From NCBI GenBank assembly GCA_963728205.1, contig CAVSIV010000001.1:384001-448000 (forward strand): a stretch of DNA of 64,000 nt, written 5' to 3'. The translations under genes and the position numbers were made by a program. Position 1 is the stretch's first letter. Every line of letters starts with the position of its first letter. The DNA comes from an uncultured Chloroflexia bacterium (lineage in GTDB: Bacteria > Chloroflexota > Dehalococcoidia > UBA2979). Under the pieces are notes generated by a model that was not told where the DNA came from, ran no database searches, and saw only the letters and a list, made by a program, of their open reading frames with translations. Positions 55,515 through 64,000 of this stretch are shown piece after piece.

Positions 55515-56876
55515 ATGCCGCCCGCACCGCCGCCCCGCATGGGCGGCCCCGGACCGACGAACGGCGTCTCGCTGCGCCGCGCGTTCACGGCCTTCCACAA
55601 CGTCGACTTCCGCTGGCTCTGGGTGTCCACGGCCGCCTCGTTCGCCGGCATGCAGATGCAGCTGATCGCGCGCGGCGTGCTCGCCTGGGACCTCTCGCAC
55701 TCCTACGCCGTCGTCGGTCTCGTCGAGGCCTCGTTTGCATTCCCGATGGCGATCTTTGCGCTGCCCGGCGGCGCCATCGTCGACCGCCTCGAGAAACGTC
55801 GCATCGTCCTCTTCTCGCAGGGGACGATGGGCATGCTCGGCATCGCCACCGCGATCCTGATCGCGACGCACCTGATCACGATCCCGCTGCTCTTCGCGGT
55901 CGGCCTGATCCAGGGCACGCTCTTCAGCTTCAACGGCCCGGCGCGCATGGCACTGCTCACCGAGCTCGTCAGCGACGATGACCTCACGCCGGCCATCGCC
56001 CTCCAGAACATCGCGATGAACGCGACGCGCATCATCGGTCCGACGGTCGCGGCGATCGTGATCTCGATCTCGGGCATCGCGACCGCGTACTACATCACCG
56101 GCGGTACGTACCTGTTCACCGTCCTGGCGATGCTGATGCTCCCGAAGACCACCGGCCACCTCGGGATGATCCACCAGACCATCCCGAAGGAGATTGGCGC
56201 CGGCCTCAGCCACGTCTTCGGCCACCACGCGCGGCGGTCGCTGATGCTCTCGGCGCTCGTGCTGACGCTCTTCATCATGCCGTACCGCATCCTGCTGCCC
56301 GGCTTCGCCGACCGGAACCTGGGCAACCCCGACTTCTACGGGCTGATGATGACCGTGACGGGCGCCGGCGGTCTGATCGGGTCGTTCGTCGTCGCGGCCG
56401 TGTCCGACTACGCGCGCAAGCCCCTGCTGCAGCTCGTGATCGGCCTCTTCTCCGCGCTGTCGCTCGTCGGGCTCGGCGTGCTCAGCCGGCCCTTCGGCAT
56501 CGACGGCGCGCTGGTGGCGCTCTGCCTCGTCGGTATCGGCTCGACGGCCTACATGACGCTCAACCAGACGATGCTGATCGCCCAGTCGGACCGGCACTAC
56601 CACGGCCGCGTGATGAGCATCTTCATGGTCACGTTCAGCACGATGCCGCTGATGTCGCTGCCGCTCGGCTACTTCGCGGACTCCATTGGCGCCGCCAACC
56701 TCTTCATCATCCAGGGCGTGATCGTCGGCGCCGCGCTGCTCGCGCTGGCAATGGCGGTCCCGGGCTTCACCTTCGGCGTCCAGGAGCCGGCCGTCGCCGT
56801 GGAGCCGGACCAGTCCGGCGCGCGCGATCTCGCGTTCGCCGCCCGTTCGCACGACGACGCGGCGGGCGCCGGCTAG
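55515..56876 (+). CDS. MFS transporter (MFS_3/EntS-like)
   Basis: FRWLW, GGAIVDRLEKR, NATRIIGP, YHGRVMS; 12 TMs. Confidence 0.9.
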   Translation: MPPAPPPRMGGPGPTNGVSLRRAFTAFHNVDFRWLWVSTAASFAGMQMQLIARGVLAWDLSHSYAVVGLVEASFAFPMAIFALPGGAIVDRLEKRRIVLFSQGTMGMLGIATAILIATHLITIPLLFAVGLIQGTLFSFNGPARMALLTELVSDDDLTPAIALQNIAMNATRIIGPTVAAIVISISGIATAYYITGGTYLFTVLAMLMLPKTTGHLGMIHQTIPKEIGAGLSHVFGHHARRSLMLSALVLTLFIMPYRILLPGFADRNLGNPDFYGLMMTVTGAGGLIGSFVVAAVSDYARKPLLQLVIGLFSALSLVGLGVLSRPFGIDGALVALCLVGIGSTAYMTLNQTMLIAQSDRHYHGRVMSIFMVTFSTMPLMSLPLGYFADSIGAANLFIIQGVIVGAALLALAMAVPGFTFGVQEPAVAVEPDQSGARDLAFAARSHDDAAGAG

Positions 56877-56961
56877 CCGCCCCTTCGCCCCCGGTTCTCC
56901 GCGCACGCGGGCGGGCCATGCAGCCCGCCCGCGTCGTTGTGTGCCGCCGCGACCTCAATAC

Positions 56962-56976
56962 TTACTTGCTGAGTAA
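56962..56976. promoter_or_regulatory. Candidate PadR operator
   Basis: TTACT-N5-AGTAA inverted repeat in an AT-rich patch just upstream of padR; no clear RBS (possibly leaderless). Confidence 0.45.
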
Positions 56977-57000
56977 TCAACGCGTTGCTATAGATCCTGC

Positions 57001-57549
57001 ATGCCCGCCGACCGCCCGCTCCTCCCCGGCGAGTACGCCGTCCTCGGCCTGCTCGCGGTCCGCCCGCAGCACGGCTACGAGATGGCGCGCACCTTCGGCG
57101 AACCGCCGCTCGCCGACGTCTGCCCCGTAGAGCAGAGCCTGCTCTACGCGTACCTGCGCAACCTCGAGCGGCGCGGCCTCGTCGACTGGGAGGAGGTGCG
57201 CGCCGGCAATCGCCCGCCGCGCAAGATCTACGCGCCGAGCGAGGACGGCTGGTCCCACCTGCGCGAGTGGCTCCACGCCCCCGTGGAGTGCATGCGCGAA
57301 ACGCGCCTCGACTTCCTGCTCAAGCTCTGGTTCCTGCGCCAGCTCGACCCGAGCGGCGAGCGCCGCCTCGTGGAGCAGCAGGTCGCCGTGTGCGAGCGCT
57401 ACGTCGCCGAGGCGCGTGCGCGTGCGCGCGCGGCGGACGGCTTCGGGGCCGTGGTCTGGGAGTCGAAGTGGCGCGTCGGGCAGGCGACGCGGGCGTGGCT
57501 GCTGGCTCACCTCGCGCGCACGCCGCCGCCCGGCCGCGAGGCGTCGTGA
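57001..57549 (+). CDS. PadR-family transcriptional regulator
   Basis: YAVLGLL...HGYEM, LYAYLRNLE..GLV, RPPRKIY, FLLKL.F. Confidence 0.9.
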   Translation: MPADRPLLPGEYAVLGLLAVRPQHGYEMARTFGEPPLADVCPVEQSLLYAYLRNLERRGLVDWEEVRAGNRPPRKIYAPSEDGWSHLREWLHAPVECMRETRLDFLLKLWFLRQLDPSGERRLVEQQVAVCERYVAEARARARAADGFGAVVWESKWRVGQATRAWLLAHLARTPPPGREAS

Positions 57550-58370
57550 GGCGCGCATCCGTGGGCGTGCGTGCCGCGCTCGTCGCGGTCCTCGCCGCCG
57601 GCGCCGTCGTCGCGGCGTGCGGCCGCGCCGGCGGCAGCGGCACGTCGATCACCGTGTCGGCCGCCGCCTCGCTCACCGACGCCTTCAGCGCCGTGGCGCA
57701 GGCGTACGAGCAGGCACACCCCGGAACACAGGTCAGGTTGAACTTCGGCGCGTCGTCGGCGCTCGCGACGCAGATCACGCAGGGCGCGCCCGTCGACGTC
57801 TTCGCCTCGGCGAACGAAGCCCAGATGCAGGTCGTCGCGCGGGCCGGTCTCGCGTCGCAGCCACGGGACTTCGCCGCCAACCGCATCGTGATCGCGGTGC
57901 CGCACGGCGCCACCGCCGTGCGCGCGTTCGCGGACCTCGCGCGGCCGGGCGTTCGCCTCGTGCTGGCCGGCGCCGAGGTGCCCGCCGGCGTCTACGCGCG
58001 CGCGGCGTTCCTGGCGGCCGGCGCCGCCGGGGCCTTCGGCCCGGACTTCGATCGCCGCGTCCTCACGAACCTGGTGAGCGAGGAGACCGACGTGCGCGCC
58101 GTCCTCGCGAAGGTCGAGCTGGGCGAGGCCGACGCCGGCGTCGTCTATGCCACCGATGCGCGCGTGGCGGGCGCGAAGGTCGACGTCGTGCCGATCCCCG
58201 ACGCCTACGCGCAGCCGGCGCGCTACCCGATTGCCGCCGTCGGCGCGGACGGCGGGTCGGCAACGGCCCGCGACTTCGTTGCGTTCGTGCTCTCCCCCGA
58301 CGGGGAGCGCCTCCTCGCCGGCTTCGGCTTCGCGGCGCCAGACGCGACGCCCGCCGCAACGGCGCCGTAG
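57546..58370 (+). CDS. modA: Molybdate ABC transporter substrate-binding lipoprotein
   Basis: VSAAASL, FGASSAL..QI.QGAP.DVFASA, VPAGVYA, DVRAVL.KV..GEADAG.VY.TD. Confidence 0.95.
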   Translation: MRRASVGVRAALVAVLAAGAVVAACGRAGGSGTSITVSAAASLTDAFSAVAQAYEQAHPGTQVRLNFGASSALATQITQGAPVDVFASANEAQMQVVARAGLASQPRDFAANRIVIAVPHGATAVRAFADLARPGVRLVLAGAEVPAGVYARAAFLAAGAAGAFGPDFDRRVLTNLVSEETDVRAVLAKVELGEADAGVVYATDARVAGAKVDVVPIPDAYAQPARYPIAAVGADGGSATARDFVAFVLSPDGERLLAGFGFAAPDATPAATAP

Positions 58371-58376
58371 CCTCCA

Positions 58377-59192
58377 ATGCGCCGCTCGCCCGCCGTCGAC
58401 CGCTCCGCCGCCTGGGCGCTCGTGCTGCTCGGCGGCGCCTTCGCGCTCTTCTTCGCGCTGCCGTTCCTCGGGCTGCTCGCGCAGGCCGCGTCCGACGGCC
58501 GCGTCTGGTCGCTGCTCCGCGGCCGCGCGGCGCAGCAGGCGCTCACGCTCTCGCTCACCACCGCCACGCTGACCACCGTGATCGCCCTCGTCTTCGGGAC
58601 GCCCGTGGCCTACGCGCTCTCCCGCGGGCGCCTGCCCGCCCGGCCACTGCTCGACGCGCTCGTCGACCTCCCGATCGTCCTCCCGCCGACCGTGGCGGGC
58701 GTCGCGCTGCTCACCGCGTTCGGCCGGCGCGGCCTCTTCGGCGCGCCGCTCTCGCAGTGGTTCGGCGTCGAGCTCACGTTCACCACCGCCGCCGTCGTCT
58801 GCGCGCAGCTGATCGTCGCGGCGCCGTTCTATGTGCGCGCCGCGCGCGGCGGCTTCGACGCCGTCGACCCGCAACTCGAGCGCGTCGCCTACACGCTCGG
58901 CGCGTCGCGCGTCGAGACGTTCTTCCGCATCACCGTGCCGCAGGCGCGGCCGGCGCTGCTCGCCGGCGTCGTGCTGTGCTGGACGCGCGCGCTCGGCGAG
59001 CTCGGCGCGACGCTGATCTTCGCGGGCAGCCTCGCCGGCACAACCCGCACCATGCCGCTCGCGATCATCGACGCGCTCGAGCGCTCCAGCCTCGGCCTCA
59101 GCGGCGCGATCAGCCTCTCGCTGATCCTGCTCGGCGTCGCGCTCGTGCTGCTCATCGCCTTCCGGCTCGTCGCCCCGGAGCACCGCACGTGA
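58377..59192 (+). CDS. modB: Molybdate ABC transporter permease
   Basis: LPIVLPPTVAG.ALL, RALGELGAT..FAG...G.T.TMPL. Confidence 0.93.
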   Translation: MRRSPAVDRSAAWALVLLGGAFALFFALPFLGLLAQAASDGRVWSLLRGRAAQQALTLSLTTATLTTVIALVFGTPVAYALSRGRLPARPLLDALVDLPIVLPPTVAGVALLTAFGRRGLFGAPLSQWFGVELTFTTAAVVCAQLIVAAPFYVRAARGGFDAVDPQLERVAYTLGASRVETFFRITVPQARPALLAGVVLCWTRALGELGATLIFAGSLAGTTRTMPLAIIDALERSSLGLSGAISLSLILLGVALVLLIAFRLVAPEHRT

Positions 59193-60304
59193 TCCTCGAG
59201 TTCGATGCCGGCCTGCGCCTCGGCGACTTCGCCTACGACGCCGCCTTCGCGGTCGACGGCGAGATCCTCGTGCTGTTCGGCCACTCGGGCGCCGGGAAGA
59301 GCGTGACGCTGCAGGCGGTCGCGGGGCTGCTGCGGCCGGAGCGCGGGCGCATCGTCATCGGCGGCGAGCCGGTGTTCGACTCGGCCGCCCATCTCGACCT
59401 GCCGCCGCAGCGGCGACGCACCGGTTACGTCGTCCAGGAGCTCGCGCTGTTTCCGCACATGAGCGTCGTGGAGAACGTCGCGTTCGGGCTGGAGGGACCG
59501 CGCGTGGAGCGCCGGCGCCGTGCGGCCGCGCTGCTCGAGCGCTTCGGCCTCGCCGGCTTCGACGACCGCCGGCCGGCGTCGCTGTCCGGCGGGCAGAAGC
59601 AGCGCGTCGCGCTCGCCCGCGCGCTGGCGCGCGACGTGCCACTGCTGCTGCTCGACGAGCCGTTCTCCGCGCTCGACGAGGCGCTGCGCCGCATGCTCCG
59701 CTCGGAGCTGCTGCGCCTGCGCGCCGAGCTCGGGCTCGGCGTGCTCTTCGTCACCCACGACCTGCGCGAGGCGCACCTGCTCGCCGACCGCATCGCCGTC
59801 TTCGACGACGGCCGCGTCCTCCAGGTCGGCCCGCGCGACGACGTCTTCCGCCGGCCGGTGTCGCGCCGCGTTGGCGAGCTCACGGGGATCGCGAACCTGC
59901 TCGCGGGTGAGGTCGTCGCGCGCGGCCCGGGCGGCGCCGTGGAGGTGGAGGTCGACGGCCGGCGCCTGCGCTGCGCGCCTCCGGCCTTCGACGCGCGCGT
60001 CGGCGACCGCGTCGACGTCGCCCTGCGCGCGGAGCGCGTCGCGTTCCGCCGCGGTGCCGCCCCGTCGACGCCGAACCTGCTCGAGGTCGACGTCGTCGAC
60101 GAGCACGCGTACGGCGCGAGCCACACGCTGTGGCTGCGGCCCGTCGCCGGCGGCCCGCCGCTCGAGGCCGATCTGCCGTCGCGCCCCTACGACGTGCTCG
60201 GTGTCGCCGAGCGCCGTCGTTGGACGGTGGAGCTGCCCCCCGAGGACCTCCACGTGATGCGCGCGCCTGGCACTCCCGGCGCTCCCGGCGAACGCCGGGC
60301 GTAA
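59189..60304 (+). CDS. modC: Molybdate ABC transporter ATP-binding protein
   Basis: LFGHSGAGKS, DLPPQRR, LSGGQKQR, LDEPFSALD, VTHD, C-terminal TOBE-like region. Confidence 0.9.
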   Translation: MILEFDAGLRLGDFAYDAAFAVDGEILVLFGHSGAGKSVTLQAVAGLLRPERGRIVIGGEPVFDSAAHLDLPPQRRRTGYVVQELALFPHMSVVENVAFGLEGPRVERRRRAAALLERFGLAGFDDRRPASLSGGQKQRVALARALARDVPLLLLDEPFSALDEALRRMLRSELLRLRAELGLGVLFVTHDLREAHLLADRIAVFDDGRVLQVGPRDDVFRRPVSRRVGELTGIANLLAGEVVARGPGGAVEVEVDGRRLRCAPPAFDARVGDRVDVALRAERVAFRRGAAPSTPNLLEVDVVDEHAYGASHTLWLRPVAGGPPLEADLPSRPYDVLGVAERRRWTVELPPEDLHVMRAPGTPGAPGERRA

Positions 60305-60492
60305 CGCCCGCCGTTCGCGCCGACGTCGGGCGCGCCGGGGCGGCCGGCGAATAGCAGGTCCGGCGCCTGCTGCCGGCGCCGATGGCGGCAACCGCCCCGC
60401 GCCCTCCGCCGCCGCCCCGTGCCCAACGGCCGCCGGCGCACAGCGGGCGCAACGCCCGCTGTGCGCGCTGTTCGCGACCGACCGCGTGCCGG

Positions 60493-61961
60493 CTAGACCG
60501 CCGCCTCGGTCATCGCACGCTCGCCGGGCGTCGCGCGCATCGTCCCCGCCGCGTCCTCGTCGTGGATGAGGAACGCGAACGCCACACCGACGATGCCGAT
60601 CACCACCGCCGCGAAGAACGCGTCGTGGTAGCCCAGCAGCGCCGCGTGTCGCGCCGCCGCCGGACCGCCGGTCGCGCCGGCCGCGGCAGCGAGGTGCGAG
60701 GTGATGCGCTCGGTGAGCACCGTCGCCAGGATCGCCACACCGAGCGACGCACCGACCTGCCGGTTCGTGTTGAAGATCGAGGATGCGCGCCCGGTCTTCT
60801 CCGAGCCTGATCGTCGCGAACGTCGCGGCCTGCAGCGGGATGAACGTGAACGCCATCGCGATGCCGCGCACGAACATCACGCCGGCGATCCACCACACGT
60901 TCGTCTCGAGGCCGACGAGGAGCAGCAGCGCCGAGCTGACCGCGAACAGCGCGAGTGCCACCGCAAGCAGCCGGCGCGGCCCGACGATCGGGTAGAGCCG
61001 CCCCGACAGCTGCGCGAAGAGCACGGTCCCGATCGCGGACGGCACGAGGATCACGCCGGTCTCCACCGCCGAGAAGCCGCGCAGGTTCTGCAGGAAGAGC
61101 GGCAGCAGGAACAGCACGCCCACCAGGCTGGCCGATGCGGTGAAGAACACGATGTTCGCGTTGCGGAACATGCGGTCGGTGAACAGCCGCAGGTCGAGCA
61201 TCGGCACCGGCAGCCGCAGCTCGACGAACACGAGCGCCACGAAGCTGACGAGGCCGACGAGGCCGGTGCCGAGCACGACGCCGGACGTCCAGCCGTTCTC
61301 CGGCCCGCGCGACAGCGCGAAGAGGATGAGTGCGAGGCCGGCGCCCGACAGCACGAACCCGGCGCGGTCGAACGCCCCCGCGACCTGCTCGCGGTGCTCG
61401 CAGAGGTAGAAGAAGCAGAACACGAGCCCGATCAGGCCGGTCGGAACGTTGACATAAAAGATCCATCGCCACGCCACGGTGTCAACGAGCCAGCCGCCCA
61501 GGATCGGCCCGATCGCGGGGGCGATCACGGTGGGGATCGTGAGGATGAGCGACGCGCGCGCCCGCTCGCGGGGCGGGAACGCGCGGAACAGCATCGCGGT
61601 GCCGACCGGCGTCATCATGCCGCCGCCGACGCCCTGGAAGACGCGGAATGCGATCAGCTGCTCGATGTTCTGCGCGAGCGCCGCACAGCGCCGAGCCGAG
61701 CGTGAACGCGAGCAGGGCGAACATGAACGTCCGCTTCGTGCCGAAGCGGTCGCCGATCCAGCCCGACGCCGGGATCCAGATCGCGAGGCTCAGCAGGTAG
61801 CCCGTCACGACCCACTCGAGCGTGGAGCTCCCGGCGCCGAAGTCGCGCCCCAGCGTCGGCAGCGCGACGTTGACGATGGTGAGGTCCATCAGGTCCATGA
61901 AGATGCCGAAGAGGAAGGCGAGCGCGACGAGGTACTTGTAGGGCGTGTGGCGGAAGGGCAC
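60493..61961 (-). CDS. DHA2 (EmrB/QacA) 14-TM MFS efflux transporter with two +1 frameshifts (~61681, ~60803)
   Basis: MDLTIVNVALP, GDRFG.KR, GPILGG, WRWIFYVN.P, RQVGASLG spread over three frames; single-base removals join them. Confidence 0.85.
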
Positions 61962-62120
61962 GGGGCGCAGGTCCTCTCTGCGGTCGCGCCCCGTGTGCGG
62001 CGAGCGGGTGGCGGAGCCGCGGGGCGGAGCGACGGATCATATCCGACCTCGTGGCTTGGCTCGCGCCCTTGGCCGCCGCCGGCGGGCGCCCCCTCGTCGG
62101 GCCCCGCGGGAACGTGGTCG

Positions 62121-62148
62121 ACCAAAGCGGCGACAGACATGCCGTCGC
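62121..62148. repeat. Single REP arm, family A
   Basis: ACCAAAGCGGCGACAGACATGCCGTCGC, a variant of the 6671 arm. Confidence 0.6.
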
Positions 62149-62460
62149 GTGATGACGTTCACGACGGCACGACGTCCCCCCGGGACGGACCCGCCTCGGC
62201 GCCTCCGCGTGACCGCGCAGAGGCCGGCGCGCGATGGCGCGGGTACCCCCGAAGATTGGGCAAAGCCCTGTTTTTCGCATCCGGACGGGGTGCTACCGTC
62301 TGCGCCAGGGTGTGCGGGCTTGCCCGGCCACCATCCATGGCGGGGATGGGGTCCCTCGGGACCTTGCGATGGCAGGGACGCCACTATTCGCGGTACGGTC
62401 ACTCCGCCGCCCGACCGACGACGCAGCCGCCGCCTGCTGCGCGCACGCCGCCATCCCGGC

Positions 62461-63627
62461 GTGCCCGGTCGACGCCACCTTCAGCCCGCGACGCAGTTCG
62501 GCGTCATCCTCTCGCTCTTCGGCGTGATCCTGCTCTTCGGCCACTTCCCGGCGATCGCCGCGCCCAGCGGCGGCGCGCGCCTGCTCAGCCGCCGCCCGTC
62601 GCTGCCCGGCCTCGCCGCCGAGGCAAGCGCGGCCGTCGCCCCCGCCGAGTTGCAGTCCGCGCCCCTGCCGCTCACCGTCGTCTCGCCGTCGACGGTGCAG
62701 GACCAGGTGGTCGCCGCGTCGAACGACACCGCGAGCGCCGTCGCGGCCCTCAAGCAGTCCGAGCAGCAGGGCCAGGGCACCAGCGCGAGCGGAGCGGTCC
62801 AGGCTCAGCGCGTCCAGCGCCTGCCGATCTTCTACGAGTACACCGTGCAGACCGGCGACACGCTCAGCAGCGTCGCGGCCCAGTACCACATCGGTGCCGA
62901 CTACATCGTCTGGAACAACAGCGAAGTGACGGACCGCGACCTGCTCCCGGTCGGCGTCACGCTCCAGATCCCATCCGTCGAGGGGATCATCCACTCCGTG
63001 CGCAAGGGCGAGACGGTCTCGGCCATCGCCGCCGAGTACAGCGCCGACCCGCAGGACATCGTGTCGTTCGAGGCGAACGGCCTCGCCAACGATCCGAACC
63101 GCCTCCAGCCGAACCAGCTGATCATGGTCCCGGGCGGACACATCCCGGCGCCGAAGCCGGTGGCCGCCGCGCCGCCGGCGCCGCCGGCCCAGACCGCGGG
63201 CGACGGCTGGGCGTGGCCCGCGGTCGGGCCGCTCACCTCGACCTTCGGCCCCTGGCACCCGCTCGGCATCGACGTCGGCATTCCGAGCGGGACGCCGGTC
63301 CGCGCGGCGCGCGCCGGCACGGTGATCTTCGCCGGCGGTAACCCGTGCTGCTCCTACGGCTACCACGTCATCGTCGACAACGGCGATGGCTACGAGACGA
63401 CCTACGCCCACTTCTCGGCGTTCAACGTGCAGATCGGCGACCAGGTCGCGCAGGGCCAGGTGCTCGGCCTCTCCGGCTCCACCGGGCACTCGACCGGCCC
63501 GCACCTGCACTTCGAGATCCGGCGCGACGGCGTCATCCAGAACCCGGAGCTCTTCCTCCCGATCGACCCGTACCTTGGCAGCGACGCGGCCTGGCCGCCT
63601 CCCGCGTCCGTCCCGGAGTACCCCTAG
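62461..63627 (+). CDS. LysM-domain M23 metallopeptidase
   Basis: Two LysM (YTVQTGDTL, HSVRKGETV); M23 motifs HPLGID, YAH, GHSTGPHLHFE. Start uncertain. Confidence 0.92.
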   Translation: MPGRRHLQPATQFGVILSLFGVILLFGHFPAIAAPSGGARLLSRRPSLPGLAAEASAAVAPAELQSAPLPLTVVSPSTVQDQVVAASNDTASAVAALKQSEQQGQGTSASGAVQAQRVQRLPIFYEYTVQTGDTLSSVAAQYHIGADYIVWNNSEVTDRDLLPVGVTLQIPSVEGIIHSVRKGETVSAIAAEYSADPQDIVSFEANGLANDPNRLQPNQLIMVPGGHIPAPKPVAAAPPAPPAQTAGDGWAWPAVGPLTSTFGPWHPLGIDVGIPSGTPVRAARAGTVIFAGGNPCCSYGYHVIVDNGDGYETTYAHFSAFNVQIGDQVAQGQVLGLSGSTGHSTGPHLHFEIRRDGVIQNPELFLPIDPYLGSDAAWPPPASVPEYP

Positions 63628-63748
63628 GCAGCCCGCACTCCTCCGACGGTGAACGCAATGGAGCCGCCGGCACCGCCGACGGTGGACGCGACACAGCGGC
63701 CCGCACGCACGGGCGGATGCCGGGGGGAGGTCCGGCTCGTGGCAGCAG

Positions 63749-64000
63749 CTAGCTCGCGACCGGTTGGCCGCTGATGCTGCCCTGCACGTTGCCGGCCTGG
63801 TCCGACCGCAGCGTCATCGAGAGGCGGAGCGCCTGACCCTGCGGGTCGACGCAGGTCGCCGTGATGTCGGCGCCCTGCGCGCCGGTCACGCCGCCGGTGC
63901 ACGTCGTCGAGCCGGCCACGGTGTTCAACGTGATCCTCGTGCCGACCACGCGCGCCTCGTCGCCGCGCACCCGCTCCTTGAGGCTGAGCTGGAGCGTGCC
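63749..64000 (-). CDS. Hypothetical protein, C-terminal part (truncated by window)
   Basis: Open frame to the window edge with beta-strand pattern and two Cys (TCTG...ATCVD). Confidence 0.55.
   Translation of the reverse strand, partial: GTLQLSLKERVRGDEARVVGTRITLNTVAGSTTCTGGVTGAQGADITATCVDPQGQALRLSMTLRSDQAGNVQGSISGQPVAS

Noticed and set aside
60493-61961. True pseudogene or programmed frameshifting
   Set aside because: No slippery heptamers or other decay; same +1 pattern as unrelated genes in the window, so sequencing error is more likely.
62230-62460. c-di-AMP riboswitch upstream of the LysM/M23 gene
   Set aside because: A common location for this riboswitch, but the consensus blocks (CCCGTCAGCTAAC, GGGGAACC) are absent here.

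Overview
Very GC-rich (roughly 75% by eye) bacterial chromosomal segment. Many lipoproteins, a class F sortase with a PxGTG-type substrate and no outer-membrane genes suggest a monoderm, plausibly Chloroflexota/Dehalococcoidia (inference). Ordinary content: cydDC, an SDR, a polysaccharide deacetylase, an Mrp/Mnh-type operon lacking mrpA, an ABC-2 exporter, citrate synthase, YbaK, modABC, three MFS transporters and a LysM/M23 peptidase. The standout is a ~22.5 kb mirror-image pair of paralogous redox modules (29990-37785 and 44007-52494). Each has a divergent NarL/NarX-type two-component system and the core Tat-4x[4Fe-4S] protein + NrfD + Ig-like membrane-anchored protein, with no molybdopterin, multiheme or hydrogenase catalytic subunit. 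One module ends in two uncharacterised lipoproteins; the other ends in two monoheme cytochromes c and a di-cupredoxin whose two copper sites have Gln as axial ligand. Other notable items: a c-di-AMP (ydaO) riboswitch ahead of a GT2 + acyltransferase operon, two paralogous C4 zinc-finger microproteins flanking an XRE regulator, two families of dispersed palindromic repeats, and at least 7 frameshifts (mostly +1 insertions) that look like long-read errors. No rRNA, tRNA, CRISPR array or transposase was seen. All calls are from reading motifs by eye; no database searches were run.
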